A stretch of DNA of 64,000 nt from Candidatus Bathycorpusculum termitum (GCA_031254875.1 JAIRTW010000002.1:7899-71898), one strand, 5' to 3'; counted from the first letter of the stretch, positions 9,995 through 20,355 are shown. The notes: generated by a model not told the origin, from the sequence alone. Numbers and translations: made by a program.

Positions 9995-11217
9995 TACTGG
10001 TTGAGTTCCCCCAGGATTTCTATGAAGCGATCGATTTCTTCTTTGGTGTTGTAGATGTAGAAACTTGCTCTAGCAGATGATTGTAACTTGAAAATTTGAT
10101 GCATTGGTTGGGCACAGTGGTAGCCACTGCGCAGGGCAATACCGTATTCGTTAAACATTGCGGCTATTTCATGTGAAGAAAAGCCCCGTATGCTAAAGGG
10201 TATGATTCCGCATTTTTGGGATAGGTCACTTGGTCCATAAATGATAATGTTGTCGTAATCTCTTAGGCGTTCTGTGGCGTATTGGGTTAGTTCTTTTTCG
10301 TGGTTAAACACGTTATCCATACCTAAGTTTTCAAGATAATCTACTGCAGCGCCTAACCCGATTACACCGGCGATGTCGGGTGTACCGGCCTCAAACTTCC
10401 AGGGCAACTCATTCCATGATACGGTGCAGTGGTCTTCGCTAAAAGAGACTTCTTTAATCATCTCGCCTCCACCTTGGAAGGGCGCCATTTTCTGCAGAAT
10501 CTCTTTTTTGCCATACAAAACGCCGATACCTGTGGGACCTAGCATTTTGTGTCCCGAGAACGCCAAAAAATCCACGTCCATGTCTTGTACATCAACCTGC
10601 ATGTGGGGAACTGATTGGGCTCCATCAGCTAGCATCAGAGCGCCGTTATCATGGGCAGTTTTGGCTATGCGCTTAACATCATTTATGACGCCGGTGACAT
10701 TTGAGACGTGACTTAGGCAACAGATTTTTGTTTTTTTGGTGATTTTGTTCTCAAAATCCGCGTAGTCTAATGTGCCGTCTTTGTTGATGTTGGCGTATTT
10801 TACTGTGAACCCACGACATTTGGCAATGATTTCCCATGGCACGATGTTGCTGTGATGCTCCATGAGTGAAACCAGTACTTCATCGCCGCCACCCAGATTG
10901 CTACATCCCAAAGAGTATGCAACCAGGTTGATGGCTTCGGTTGTCCCGCGGGTGAAAATAATTTCGTTTGAGAATTTTGTGTTTATAAATTCGCCGATTC
11001 TTTCTCGGGACTCCTCAAACAGGTCGGTAGCTTCGCTTGAGAGAGTGTGGATTGCACGGTGGATATTGCCGTTATGGCAAGTGTAGTAGTCGGTTATGGC
11101 GTCTATGACTTGACGGGGTTTTTGGCTGGTTGCAGCATTATCAAAATAGATTAATGGGTTACCGTTGATTTGGCGATTTAGAATGGGAAAATCTTGGCGA
11201 ATCGCTTGGATATCCAC
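9994..11217 (-). CDS. sufS: Cysteine desulfurase, group II (SufS)
   Basis: YFDNAATSQKP, MEHHSN, DGAQ, SGHK (PLP Lys), EAGT, RSGYHCAQP (catalytic Cys), ARAS. Confidence 0.95.
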   Translation of the reverse strand: MDIQAIRQDFPILNRQINGNPLIYFDNAATSQKPRQVIDAITDYYTCHNGNIHRAIHTLSSEATDLFEESRERIGEFINTKFSNEIIFTRGTTEAINLVAYSLGCSNLGGGDEVLVSLMEHHSNIVPWEIIAKCRGFTVKYANINKDGTLDYADFENKITKKTKICCLSHVSNVTGVINDVKRIAKTAHDNGALMLADGAQSVPHMQVDVQDMDVDFLAFSGHKMLGPTGIGVLYGKKEILQKMAPFQGGGEMIKEVSFSEDHCTVSWNELPWKFEAGTPDIAGVIGLGAAVDYLENLGMDNVFNHEKELTQYATERLRDYDNIIIYGPSDLSQKCGIIPFSIRGFSSHEIAAMFNEYGIALRSGYHCAQPMHQIFKLQSSARASFYIYNTKEEIDRFIEILGELNQ

Positions 11218-11218
11218 G

Positions 11219-11728
11219 TTACTTTTCGGCCTCAGGTTTTTGCCTCTTTGACAGGGTCTTTGCCAATTCCTCTTCTTCTAGGGCCTGTTTCTCCTCAAAG
11301 GTGAAGTCGTGGGGCAACCAGCATGGAGTTGCTATGCCTTTTTGAGTGAAATATTGACGTATAGCTCGTTTGATCGCGCCAACCGCAAGGACGCCACAGT
11401 GGAATTTTACGCTGGGCAACCCGCCGATTTCTTCGGTAACTTTTTTCCAGGTTATGTCGGTCCATGTCTGCTCCAGCGTTAATCCCTTAATCATCTCTGT
11501 AACTATACTGGATGTGGCGATGTTGGCGGCACAGCCGTAGCTTTCGAACTGGGCTTTCTCGATGGTTTGGTTGGCTTCGTCGATTTTTAGGTAAAAAGTA
11601 ATCATGTCTCCGCATGCAGGGTTACCTGCAACAGCGACAACCGTTGCATCCTCCATTTTGCCAAGATTTTTAGGGTTACGAAATAGATCCATAACTTTTG
11701 GGTTGTAGGGTAATGGTATACGTGACAT
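11219..11728 (-). CDS. iscU: Fe-S cluster scaffold, IscU/NifU type
   Basis: GNPACGD, FESYGCAA, KFHC: three conserved Cys plus Asp and His; no SufU-type insertion. Confidence 0.92.
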   Translation of the reverse strand: MSRIPLPYNPKVMDLFRNPKNLGKMEDATVVAVAGNPACGDMITFYLKIDEANQTIEKAQFESYGCAANIATSSIVTEMIKGLTLEQTWTDITWKKVTEEIGGLPSVKFHCGVLAVGAIKRAIRQYFTQKGIATPCWLPHDFTFEEKQALEEEELAKTLSKRQKPEAEK

Positions 11729-11730
11729 TT

Positions 11731-12954
11731 CTAGTGCACTCCTGTTGAGCCAACTATCCCCCTAATACGATTTACTGCTGTAGGTAGAACACTGAGCACG
11801 TAAGATATATCGTCTTCTGTGTGGTATCGGGTGGTTTTCATAAGGATGCTACCGTGCGCTTCTTCAAAGATACGTCCGATGGCGAGGAGAACGTGACTGG
11901 GCTGGAGCAGTCTGCGGCTACATGCAGAACCACTAGATACATAGACACCACTGAGACTGAGTTCGATAGTCAAGGCTTCGCCTTCCGCACGGAGAATGCT
12001 AATGTTGGCATTGTCGGGGCTACGTTTGTCTCCTTTTGGACCGTTAAACCGCAGGTCGGTGAGTTCATCAAATATGCCATTTGCTAGTTTGTCTCGGAGC
12101 CTGCGCATTTTGGAGGTGTTTGCATCAAAGTTTTCAAACGCCAATTCGGATGCTTTGGTAAAGCCTACAATCAGTGGAGTGTTTTCGATACCGGGCCAGA
12201 GTTTTTGAGTGCCGATGGAACCTTCGATGATTCGTTCGAGGTTTATGCCGTCTTTCACATAGAGGGCACCCATGCCGCGGGGGCCTTGGATTTTGAAGCT
12301 GCTTACCGTTGCCATGTCCACGCCTAAGTTTTGAACATTTAGAGGGATTCGGCCATAGGCATCTGAGGCGTCGGTGTGAAAGAGCGTCTGGGGGTTTTTG
12401 GCTTTGACTATATCAACGGCTTCTTTGATGGGCTGTATGGTGCCGATTTCGCTGTTTATACTGGCAATGCTGACTAGTATGGTTTCATTGTCGATTGCTT
12501 TGTTGAGTTTTTCGAGGTTGATGAAGCCTTCACTGTTCACTGGGATTTTGGTGGTTGAAAATCCAAATTTGCTCATCAGCTCCACTGTTTGCAGAATGTT
12601 GATAGGTTCGATTTCGGATATGACTATTTTTTTGCCTTTATCTTTTTGAAGAAATGCGGCGCCTTGGATGGCGGTGTTGTTGGCTTCGGTTTCTCCGGGA
12701 GTAAATGTGAGTTCTTCGAGGTTTTTGGCACCCATATAGCGGCTGATTTTGCCTGAGGCGTTCATGATGGTTTCAAACGCTTCCCAGCCGGGTTTATGGG
12801 TTAAGGTAGGGTTGCCGTAGGCTTTTTTGTTCCAATATGGCAACATAACTTCGAGGATTTCTTGGGGAACGAAGCTAGAGTTTTCGTTGTCGAGATACAC
12901 CTCGTGGGTGATGTCTTTGTGGAGTTTAAGAAGCTCTTTCACATTTTCAACCAT
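11731..12954 (-). CDS. IscS/NifS-like (group I) protein with degenerate PLP and substrate sites
   Basis: IscS fold motifs (YLDN, INSEIGTIQP, GP.G.GALY, SSGSAC) with many active-site substitutions (see findings). ATG 12954 preferred over 13014. Confidence 0.85.
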   Translation of the reverse strand: MVENVKELLKLHKDITHEVYLDNENSSFVPQEILEVMLPYWNKKAYGNPTLTHKPGWEAFETIMNASGKISRYMGAKNLEELTFTPGETEANNTAIQGAAFLQKDKGKKIVISEIEPINILQTVELMSKFGFSTTKIPVNSEGFINLEKLNKAIDNETILVSIASINSEIGTIQPIKEAVDIVKAKNPQTLFHTDASDAYGRIPLNVQNLGVDMATVSSFKIQGPRGMGALYVKDGINLERIIEGSIGTQKLWPGIENTPLIVGFTKASELAFENFDANTSKMRRLRDKLANGIFDELTDLRFNGPKGDKRSPDNANISILRAEGEALTIELSLSGVYVSSGSACSRRLLQPSHVLLAIGRIFEEAHGSILMKTTRYHTEDDISYVLSVLPTAVNRIRGIVGSTGVH

Positions 12955-13221
12955 ACAGTATCCTACCATAAGTTTGTGGATAGATAACTCGTCACTTTTG
13001 TAATGCATGTTCACCTAAAAAAACTTAACCACTACCGCTTTTTAAGATGACATAGCCATTGCATGTAGATACGAGGGGCAATATTTACTTGGATTTCAAA
13101 GATACCCAACATCTATAGTCGTGATATATCCTTAAAGGAAATATGGAATATTGTGTGGTTGAGTGGGAAAGTTCCTAAAACTCTAATAATCTCATATAAC
13201 CCATAGTAGCAGACACAGTAT

Positions 13222-15522
13222 TTGGCGAATTCCATGAAGATTTCAGATTTAAATGTGCCAGAAAGCGTTAAAGATGTTCTTCAAGCGCAGGGCATTTACG
13301 AGTTGTTTCCGCCTCAGGAGGAATGCATACGTGAGGGTGTACTGGATGGAAGAAACATTTTGCTTGCCAGCCCCACCGCTTCAGGTAAAACCCTTATCGC
13401 AGAACTCTGCGCACTCAAACATGTACTAGAAGGCGGCGGTAAAGTTATTTACCTCTGTCCCCTCCGGGCCCTTGCCAGCGAGAAATTTGAGGAATTCAAA
13501 AAATACACAGACATCCAAAAACCAGACGGAGGTAAAGTCTCTGTTGGAATCAGCACCGGCGACTTTGATACCGCCGACAACTGGTTGTCCCGCTATGATA
13601 TAATTGTCACTACCAACGAAAAGGCCGATTCATTGCTTCGACACCGTGCCAAGTGGATGGACAGCATCTCGGCAGTAATCACTGACGAAGTGCATCTGCT
13701 AAATGAAGCCGAACGCGGTCCCACCTTGGAGATTGTGCTGGCACGGCTGATGCAGTGCAATCCCAACATCCAAATTCTCGCCCTATCTGCAACCATAAAC
13801 AACGTGGATGAAATCGCAGGGTGGCTTAACGCTAAACACATAATCACAAACTGGCGCCCCATCAATCTCAAAGAAGGCGTAATTCTCCAAGATGAAATCC
13901 AGTATCGCGACGGTGAAAGCCGCAAAATCGAGCAGGAAACCCGCTTCACATTCATCAACATGGTTCTAAACACCCTGCGTAACGGTGGTCAAGCCTTGAT
14001 TTTCGCTTCTACTCGCAAAAACGCCGTTTCCGCTGCAAAACAAGTTGCCAGTCACATGGATAGAATACTTGTACCCAAATCCGGTTCAAAAATAGTCAAA
14101 AAGAGTCTTGAAGAGCAAACTAGGGGAGGGCTTGAGAAGGAGGCACATAAGATCTTAGATGCAGGAGAACGGACACCGATGGGGGATGAACTTGCTGATT
14201 TGGTGCGCTGTGGAGTTGCCTATCACCATGCGGGCTTGTCCGGTACTCAGCGGACGATTATCGAACAGGCCTTTAAAGACCGTAAAATCAAGGTTTTAAC
14301 TGCGACGCCGACGCTGGCTTGGGGGGTTAACTTGCCTGCGCGGACAGTTATCATCCAAGACTACCGCCGCTTCGAAGCGGGTTTAGGCAACTATCCGATC
14401 CCTGTTTTAGACTACAAACAAATGGCAGGCCGAGCGGGCAGACCCAAATATGACAAGTTCGGTGAATCCGTCATCATAGCGAAAACCGCCGACGAATCAG
14501 ACTATCTCATGGAAAGCTACGTCCTAGCCAAACCCGAGCGAATTTGGTCGCGGCTTGCCGTGGAGAAAATTATCCGTACTCATGTCCTCTCCACCATCGC
14601 CAGTGATTATGCCCATACTGAGGAGGGTATCTATGCGTTTTTCCGCAAAACTTTCTATGCCTACCAATACGACGTTAAAGCCATCCAAAATGTCATCGCC
14701 AAAATCCTCCGCTTTTTGCATGATGAAGAAATGATATGTGTGGTTGGCAATGACATAATAGCCACAAAGCTGGGCAAGCGAATAAGCGAGCTCTACATTG
14801 ATCCGCTAAGCGGTATAATCATCCGTGATGCATTGCAAACTAAGCCGCCGTTACTCGCGGAGTTTAGCCTTCTTCAGCTCATCGCGCACACCCCCGATAT
14901 GGGACCGGTTATGAGGCCATATCAACGGGAAATGGAAAAGCTTGCCGTCACCGCCGAAGACCACCGGCAAGAGTTGTTTGTGGAAATTCCTGATCAGTGG
15001 AGTGACCAAATCGGATATGCTGATTTCCTTGGAGAAGTTAAAACGGCGATGGTGCTCAACAATTGGATAGAAGAGTTATCTGAAGAGAAACTTATGGAGC
15101 GCTTTAATGTGCAACCTGGCGATCTCTACCGTACCATTGAAAGCGCTAAGTGGCTTCTTCATGCCGTCGAAAAACTCGCGCCCATAGTTACTGCCAAAAA
15201 CAATGATGTAACCGCTCTCAGTAATGAGCTTGTTGAGCGGGTGTCAAAGGGTATAAAGCGGGAGCTGATGCCGATTGTCGCCTTGGAGGGCGTAGGCAGA
15301 GTCCGTGGACGTATAATCTTTAACGCCGGTTTCCAAACCATGGATGACCTCAAGCACGCCTCAATCGAGGAACTTACCACATTGCCGTCGGTGGGCCCAC
15401 GCTTAGCCAAAAAAATCAAGGAGCAGGTCGGCGGCTATGTCAAAAAAGACGAGTGGGAAAGCCTCTCAACCGCCGCCAAAGCACCCCAAGAAACCCAACA
15501 GAAAGGACTCTTTGAGTTCTAA
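13222..15522 (+). CDS. hel308: Hel308/Hjm Ski2-like DNA helicase
   Basis: PTASGKT, DEVH, LSAT, AYHHAGL, ATPTLAWGVNLP, QMAGRAGRP; C-terminal HhH; terminal QKGLFEF PIP-like motif. Confidence 0.95.
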   Translation: MANSMKISDLNVPESVKDVLQAQGIYELFPPQEECIREGVLDGRNILLASPTASGKTLIAELCALKHVLEGGGKVIYLCPLRALASEKFEEFKKYTDIQKPDGGKVSVGISTGDFDTADNWLSRYDIIVTTNEKADSLLRHRAKWMDSISAVITDEVHLLNEAERGPTLEIVLARLMQCNPNIQILALSATINNVDEIAGWLNAKHIITNWRPINLKEGVILQDEIQYRDGESRKIEQETRFTFINMVLNTLRNGGQALIFASTRKNAVSAAKQVASHMDRILVPKSGSKIVKKSLEEQTRGGLEKEAHKILDAGERTPMGDELADLVRCGVAYHHAGLSGTQRTIIEQAFKDRKIKVLTATPTLAWGVNLPARTVIIQDYRRFEAGLGNYPIPVLDYKQMAGRAGRPKYDKFGESVIIAKTADESDYLMESYVLAKPERIWSRLAVEKIIRTHVLSTIASDYAHTEEGIYAFFRKTFYAYQYDVKAIQNVIAKILRFLHDEEMICVVGNDIIATKLGKRISELYIDPLSGIIIRDALQTKPPLLAEFSLLQLIAHTPDMGPVMRPYQREMEKLAVTAEDHRQELFVEIPDQWSDQIGYADFLGEVKTAMVLNNWIEELSEEKLMERFNVQPGDLYRTIESAKWLLHAVEKLAPIVTAKNNDVTALSNELVERVSKGIKRELMPIVALEGVGRVRGRIIFNAGFQTMDDLKHASIEELTTLPSVGPRLAKKIKEQVGGYVKKDEWESLSTAAKAPQETQQKGLFEF

Positions 15523-15712
15523 CTAAGGTCAGCGCTTTTGATGGTGAGTTACCGAAAGCATTTGTGCTTTCTGTAGTTTATGTTTTTTTGATCAGTAGCA
15601 TTCATGGATTTCGGCATGTTTTTTCTTAATTGACCCTTCTTGTTATAGTTGTTACTCAAGCTTAATGTTTTAGCGCTGTATTAGCCGTTGATGTGCTACT
15701 GGAGTTGTAGAT

Positions 15713-17176
15713 GTGAAGGTTACTGTTGCGGTTTTGAGTAAAGAAGACAGGAGCGTTGTCGAGTCTGTACTGGATATTCTTAGAAATAATAATGTAGGGC
15801 AACCAATGCATTTTGGGTTCATGACGCCCAAGAGAGGCAATTTTGACAAGAATCTTGCGTTGCTTAGTAAACAGAGCAGCGAGTCATCTGTGGTAGCAGG
15901 ATTTGCAACTACCCAGTCCAAAGTAACGGCTGGGTATGATTTTTTGCAACTGGAAGATACATCAGCGCTGTTTGAGGGCAGAATCTATGCACCGGTTTCC
16001 AAGGCCACTTTTATCACGCAAGCCGCCAAGAGTCCCCAGCATTGCGAAGCTACCTTGCAGACACTCCTTGAGGAAGCAGACGGCGATTATGCGTTTTGGA
16101 TGTTAAAAAACGGCTGGATGGCCGCAGGCAGAGACCCAATGGGCATGCAACCGCTCTACTTTGGTGAAAACAACGATATCACCGCCTATGCCACCAACCG
16201 AGCGGCACTCTGGAAACTGGGTATCAGAGAACCGAAGTCGTTTCCGCCAGGAACGCTTGGCTCGGCAGATAAAAACGGCTTCAAATTTAAGCCAATTAAA
16301 ACCCCAAGTTATGCAGAACCCACGCAGGTAACACTCGATGAAGCCGCGCAGACACTACAAGTGTTACTAACAGAAGCCGTCCGGCGCAGAGTTCAAGATC
16401 TAAAAGAGACAGCCATTGCATTCTCGGGGGGATTGGACAGTAGCATCATAGCCTACTTAGCCGCCAAGCAGGGCACCAAAGTTAGCCTTCTCCATGTCAG
16501 CCTCGAAAATCAGCCGGAAACCGAGCAAGCTATCGAAGCTGCCGAAGTGCTGGATTTACCCATGCAAATACATTTCTTCAAAGACTCTGACGTCGAAACC
16601 GCTCTGCCCAATGTGGTAGAGCTCATCGAGGAACCCGATCCAATAAAAGCCGCTATCGGAGTGTCCTTCTACTGGATCGCAGAGCAGGCAACACAAGCCA
16701 AGTTCCGGACGGTTCTGGCAGGGCAGGGTGCAGATGAATTATTCGGTGGATATCAGCGCTACGTCAACCAAGCCTGCAAAAACGGAACTGAAGATACCCG
16801 CAGAACCATGTACCATGACGTCATCACAATGCATGAGAGCAATCTTGAACGCGATATGAAAATCACTGGATTCCATGATGTAGAGTTGCGATGCCCCTTC
16901 GCTTCGTATGCCATTGCCGAGTTTGCTTTGGGTTTACCGCTTGAATACAAAATTGAGCCGAAAACCGATACATTGCGAAAACTGGTTCTGCGCAGAACTG
17001 CCAGAAACCTCGGTATCCCAGCCGTCATTGTGAATAAGCCCAAGAAGGCGGTACAGTACTCCACTGGCATCAACAACGCAATGAAACGGATTGCCAAAAA
17101 TAACACTAAAACCATTGGCGAATACACCAGAGAACTGTTTGAGCGCTCCTTTCACCTACAGCAAAAAAGGTATTGA
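15713..17176 (+). CDS. Asparagine synthase-like ATP pyrophosphatase with a degenerate Ntn glutaminase domain
   Basis: GRDPMGMQPLY, AFSGGLDSS, GQGADELFGGY, RKLVLR, KKAVQY; no N-terminal Cys. Confidence 0.85.
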   Translation: MKVTVAVLSKEDRSVVESVLDILRNNNVGQPMHFGFMTPKRGNFDKNLALLSKQSSESSVVAGFATTQSKVTAGYDFLQLEDTSALFEGRIYAPVSKATFITQAAKSPQHCEATLQTLLEEADGDYAFWMLKNGWMAAGRDPMGMQPLYFGENNDITAYATNRAALWKLGIREPKSFPPGTLGSADKNGFKFKPIKTPSYAEPTQVTLDEAAQTLQVLLTEAVRRRVQDLKETAIAFSGGLDSSIIAYLAAKQGTKVSLLHVSLENQPETEQAIEAAEVLDLPMQIHFFKDSDVETALPNVVELIEEPDPIKAAIGVSFYWIAEQATQAKFRTVLAGQGADELFGGYQRYVNQACKNGTEDTRRTMYHDVITMHESNLERDMKITGFHDVELRCPFASYAIAEFALGLPLEYKIEPKTDTLRKLVLRRTARNLGIPAVIVNKPKKAVQYSTGINNAMKRIAKNNTKTIGEYTRELFERSFHLQQKRY

Positions 17177-17470
17177 GAATCGGTTGGCTTAATATGAAAG
17201 GAGCTTTGGTGGATTTAGCGCCTAAATGTGAGACACCACAGAGAGCCGCACACACCATTTTAAAAGATACAATTCTTAAACTATCCCACTATTGAATGAA
17301 AAAATTAAAGCCCATAAAATGATTTAAAGGCAAAAAAGAAGCTGAATCAACCGTTAAAATTTTATGTTGCACCTAAATGGCGGGAACGTCGCTATAATAA
17401 ATGCCGCGATACAACACACAACTTGAACTGGTTTGCTATAAAGGAGAGAAAACAGAACAACAAATGTGGT

Positions 17471-18790
17471 TTATGGTGTTAATCTTACACGGTCACGCGG
17501 ATACAGGGTAACTTCGCGAATGTTCTTTATACCTGTTAGGATCATTGTCAACCGCTCTAGACCAATTGCCCAGCCTGCATGCGGGGGCATGCCGTAGTCA
17601 AAGGCTTGCAGATGCATCTTGAAAGAGTCTGGATTTAGGCCTTTCTCTTTGAGGCGTTCGATTAACTGGTTTTTGTCACAGATACGAGTACCGCCTGAGG
17701 TCAATTCAATGTAACCGTACATCAAATCAAAACCCTCGCTGAGCTGAGGGTTGTCGCTATGGGGTTTGATGTAGAATGCTTTGGCGTGTGTTGGCCAATC
17801 GGTTACGAAGTAGAAGTATGGGTAGATTTTACCCAAGATACGGAAAGCGTCGGTTGAGATGTCTTCGCCCCATGGGATATCTATGCCCTGTGCTTTGAGG
17901 TCTTCTAGTACTTGGGTATAAGTTAGACGTTTAAACGGTAACACGGGCACTTCAAGCGTGTGGCCTAAGAGGGCGAGTTCAGTTTGACACTTCTCTTTAA
18001 CCACATCAAAGGTGTGATGGATAACCTGCTCAAGCAACACCATGACGTCGTCGGCGTTTGCGAATGCCATTTCGATATCAACCGAAGTGAACTCGCTTAG
18101 ATGTCGTCGTGTATGAGATTCTTCAGCACGGAAAAACGGGCCTACTTCAAAGACTTTTTCAAAACTCAATGTGAGTTCTTCTTTGTAGAGTTGTGGACTC
18201 TGCGCCAAGTATGCCTTCTGCCCAAAATAGTCGATACAGAACAGTTCGGCGCCGCCTTCTGTTGCTGAGGCAATGATGCGCGGACTGTGGGCCTCCAGGA
18301 AGTCTTTGGTGAATAGAAAGCTACGGATGGCTTGTAGTGCCACATGTTGAATTTTAAATACGGCTAAACTTGACTCCAATGTGAGGTCAAGCGGACGGGC
18401 GTCAAGACGGACTTCTATATTGGCGGGGGTTTTACCGGTGATGTCAATGGGCAGCTGTTCGGTGGCTGTGCTGAAAACTTTGATATCTGAGGGGATAATT
18501 TCGATGCCCCGTTTGGTCATGTTTGTTTTTTTAACGGCACCCCTAACACCGAAGCTGAAGCGTTTCTGGAGCAAGTCAGATTTTGATAGAACTTCGGGGG
18601 AGACACGTTTTTTGGGTATAGTTATTTGGACTGTACCTTCGCGGTCTTGGAGGATGATGAAACGTAACCCGCCAAGGTCCCGTACTTCTTGGACCCAGCC
18701 AAAAAGAGTTACTTCTTTGCCATCTATATCGGGAGTTACCTGTGAGGTATACTGAGTTCTAACCCAGTCACCAATAGAGTCCAAGTTCAT
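17471..18790 (-). CDS. aspS: Aspartyl-tRNA synthetase, archaeal type
   Basis: GWVQEVRDLGG, LAQSPQLYK, FRAEES..RHL.EF, GMPPHAGWAIGLERL, YPRD. Confidence 0.95.
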   Translation of the reverse strand: MNLDSIGDWVRTQYTSQVTPDIDGKEVTLFGWVQEVRDLGGLRFIILQDREGTVQITIPKKRVSPEVLSKSDLLQKRFSFGVRGAVKKTNMTKRGIEIIPSDIKVFSTATEQLPIDITGKTPANIEVRLDARPLDLTLESSLAVFKIQHVALQAIRSFLFTKDFLEAHSPRIIASATEGGAELFCIDYFGQKAYLAQSPQLYKEELTLSFEKVFEVGPFFRAEESHTRRHLSEFTSVDIEMAFANADDVMVLLEQVIHHTFDVVKEKCQTELALLGHTLEVPVLPFKRLTYTQVLEDLKAQGIDIPWGEDISTDAFRILGKIYPYFYFVTDWPTHAKAFYIKPHSDNPQLSEGFDLMYGYIELTSGGTRICDKNQLIERLKEKGLNPDSFKMHLQAFDYGMPPHAGWAIGLERLTMILTGIKNIREVTLYPRDRVRLTP

Positions 18791-18802
18791 ACTGCGCCAA
18801 CC

Positions 18803-19333
18803 TTAATCTGCAATTTCTACACGCAGAGACATCTTGCGTGTTTTATTGGCAATCTCCTTAAGGGCTTTGAGGTCCATAGGCAATTGTTGGCCGCGTTTAC
18901 GCCTCAAAATAACCCGGGTTTCGGTGGTTCCGTCGGGAAGCCAGATCGTGTTTATGGTCAAGATGCTAAACGGCACAAAGAGGTCCTCGAGAAACTTGCG
19001 GTCATCAACACCGTACTCAAGCACTCGAATATTTTTGCCGGTTTCATCGCTTATGGCTTTAACGATTTTACCGCCGTAACCTAAAAGTTTGGGGACATCA
19101 CCGTGTCCGACGAGGACGGCTAACGTTTTTTCAACGTCGACTGCTTTGTGAAAACAGACGTTTTGCAGTGAAGGATACTTTTCTTCAAGATTGAGCAGTA
19201 AACGGGTGATCTTCAAGTCTAAGTCGCTGATTTCTCCAGCCTTCACTTTAGTTAGACACTTTTGGCATAGTATGCCGCTTTTTAGACAGAAACTGCATAG
19301 TTCGGTTTTCATTTGCGAGCCGTTTTCCTGCAA
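18803..19333 (-). CDS. KH-domain protein (NusA-like/RNA-binding) with N-terminal Cys motif
   Basis: CSFCLKSGILCQKC; KH signature LLGYGGKIVKAIS...IRVLE. Confidence 0.75.
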   Translation of the reverse strand: MQENGSQMKTELCSFCLKSGILCQKCLTKVKAGEISDLDLKITRLLLNLEEKYPSLQNVCFHKAVDVEKTLAVLVGHGDVPKLLGYGGKIVKAISDETGKNIRVLEYGVDDRKFLEDLFVPFSILTINTIWLPDGTTETRVILRRKRGQQLPMDLKALKEIANKTRKMSLRVEIAD

Positions 19334-19359
19334 AGAAGGAATTTTGCTTACCGCGTGAC

Positions 19360-19656
19360 TTAACGCATCAACGTTATCTCGATGGTGCTTACGTTTGTGG
19401 TGGCGTTGCCCTGAAACCCTTCATCTTGGTCGTGGGGCTGGAATTGGTCTGTACCGATGCCGATGTTCTTTATTCGAACATTGGGCAAGAATCGATGCCT
19501 TACCACTTCAGCGACGTCGATAGCTCTGCTTATACTTCTGCCGCGTGCTTTAATGCTGACTTCTTTTGCGCCGCCATGGAAGAATGTGATACATGCAAGG
19601 ACATAGTTCATTGTGGGTTTTTTCCCGATTAAGACTGCGTTGAGGTTTTCCGTCAC
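19360..19656 (-). CDS. albA: DNA/RNA-binding chromatin protein Alba
   Basis: [38 protein letters not shown]. Confidence 0.95.
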   Translation of the reverse strand: MTENLNAVLIGKKPTMNYVLACITFFHGGAKEVSIKARGRSISRAIDVAEVVRHRFLPNVRIKNIGIGTDQFQPHDQDEGFQGNATTNVSTIEITLMR

Positions 19657-19896
19657 GGTTCCGCTTCACTCCTAGTTTACTTTTAAGTGGCTTCAGTTAG
19701 CCTTTTTTTGACATAAATAGGTTGTGGTAAATGTACGGGGTTCTTGCGGAACGTTTCAAGCACGTCAACGGTTGAACATGCAGATTCGATTTTGAGAAAC
19801 GCATTAAGCAGTTTCTGATTTGGGAAACGTCAGATTCTTAAGCAACTTCACTATTGTAAAGGTTTAGCTTAACAAACTTTAGCATAAGGGACCAAG

Positions 19897-20355
19897 TTGG
19901 AACCATTAACTAAACGCTCAATCCAGCTCTTAAGAACCCTCTACGAAAAGGGAAAAGCCACCAGCACCTATACACTAAGGGTTAAACAAGACGAACTCTC
20001 AGCTCAGCTAGGTGTAAGCCGTCAGGCTCTAAATGTGCATCTCCGCAAACTCAAAAACCGCGGTTACATCCGCACAGGCAGAGGATTCATAGACGTCACC
20101 GAAAAAGGGCTCAGTGCACTAGGCATATCCACCACCCCCGCCTTCATATTGATCAAAATTTCTCCGCTTAAACGTATCCGTGTCTATGAGGAATTGCGTG
20201 AATTGCAAGTTTCACGGGCGTTTCGAATCGCAGGTGAAGTTGATGCCTTAATCATCTTGGAGCGCGAGAACCTCGATGAATTTCTCAAGAAGCTCTACTG
20301 CATAGATGGCATAGAAGACACGCGATCGTATGTCACCATTGAAGTAATCAAGTAG
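19897..20355 (+). CDS. Lrp/AsnC family transcriptional regulator
   Basis: HTH QDELSAQLGVSRQALNVHLRKL; RAM domain IAGEVDALI...IDGIEDTRS. Confidence 0.85.
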   Translation: MEPLTKRSIQLLRTLYEKGKATSTYTLRVKQDELSAQLGVSRQALNVHLRKLKNRGYIRTGRGFIDVTEKGLSALGISTTPAFILIKISPLKRIRVYEELRELQVSRAFRIAGEVDALIILERENLDEFLKKLYCIDGIEDTRSYVTIEVIK

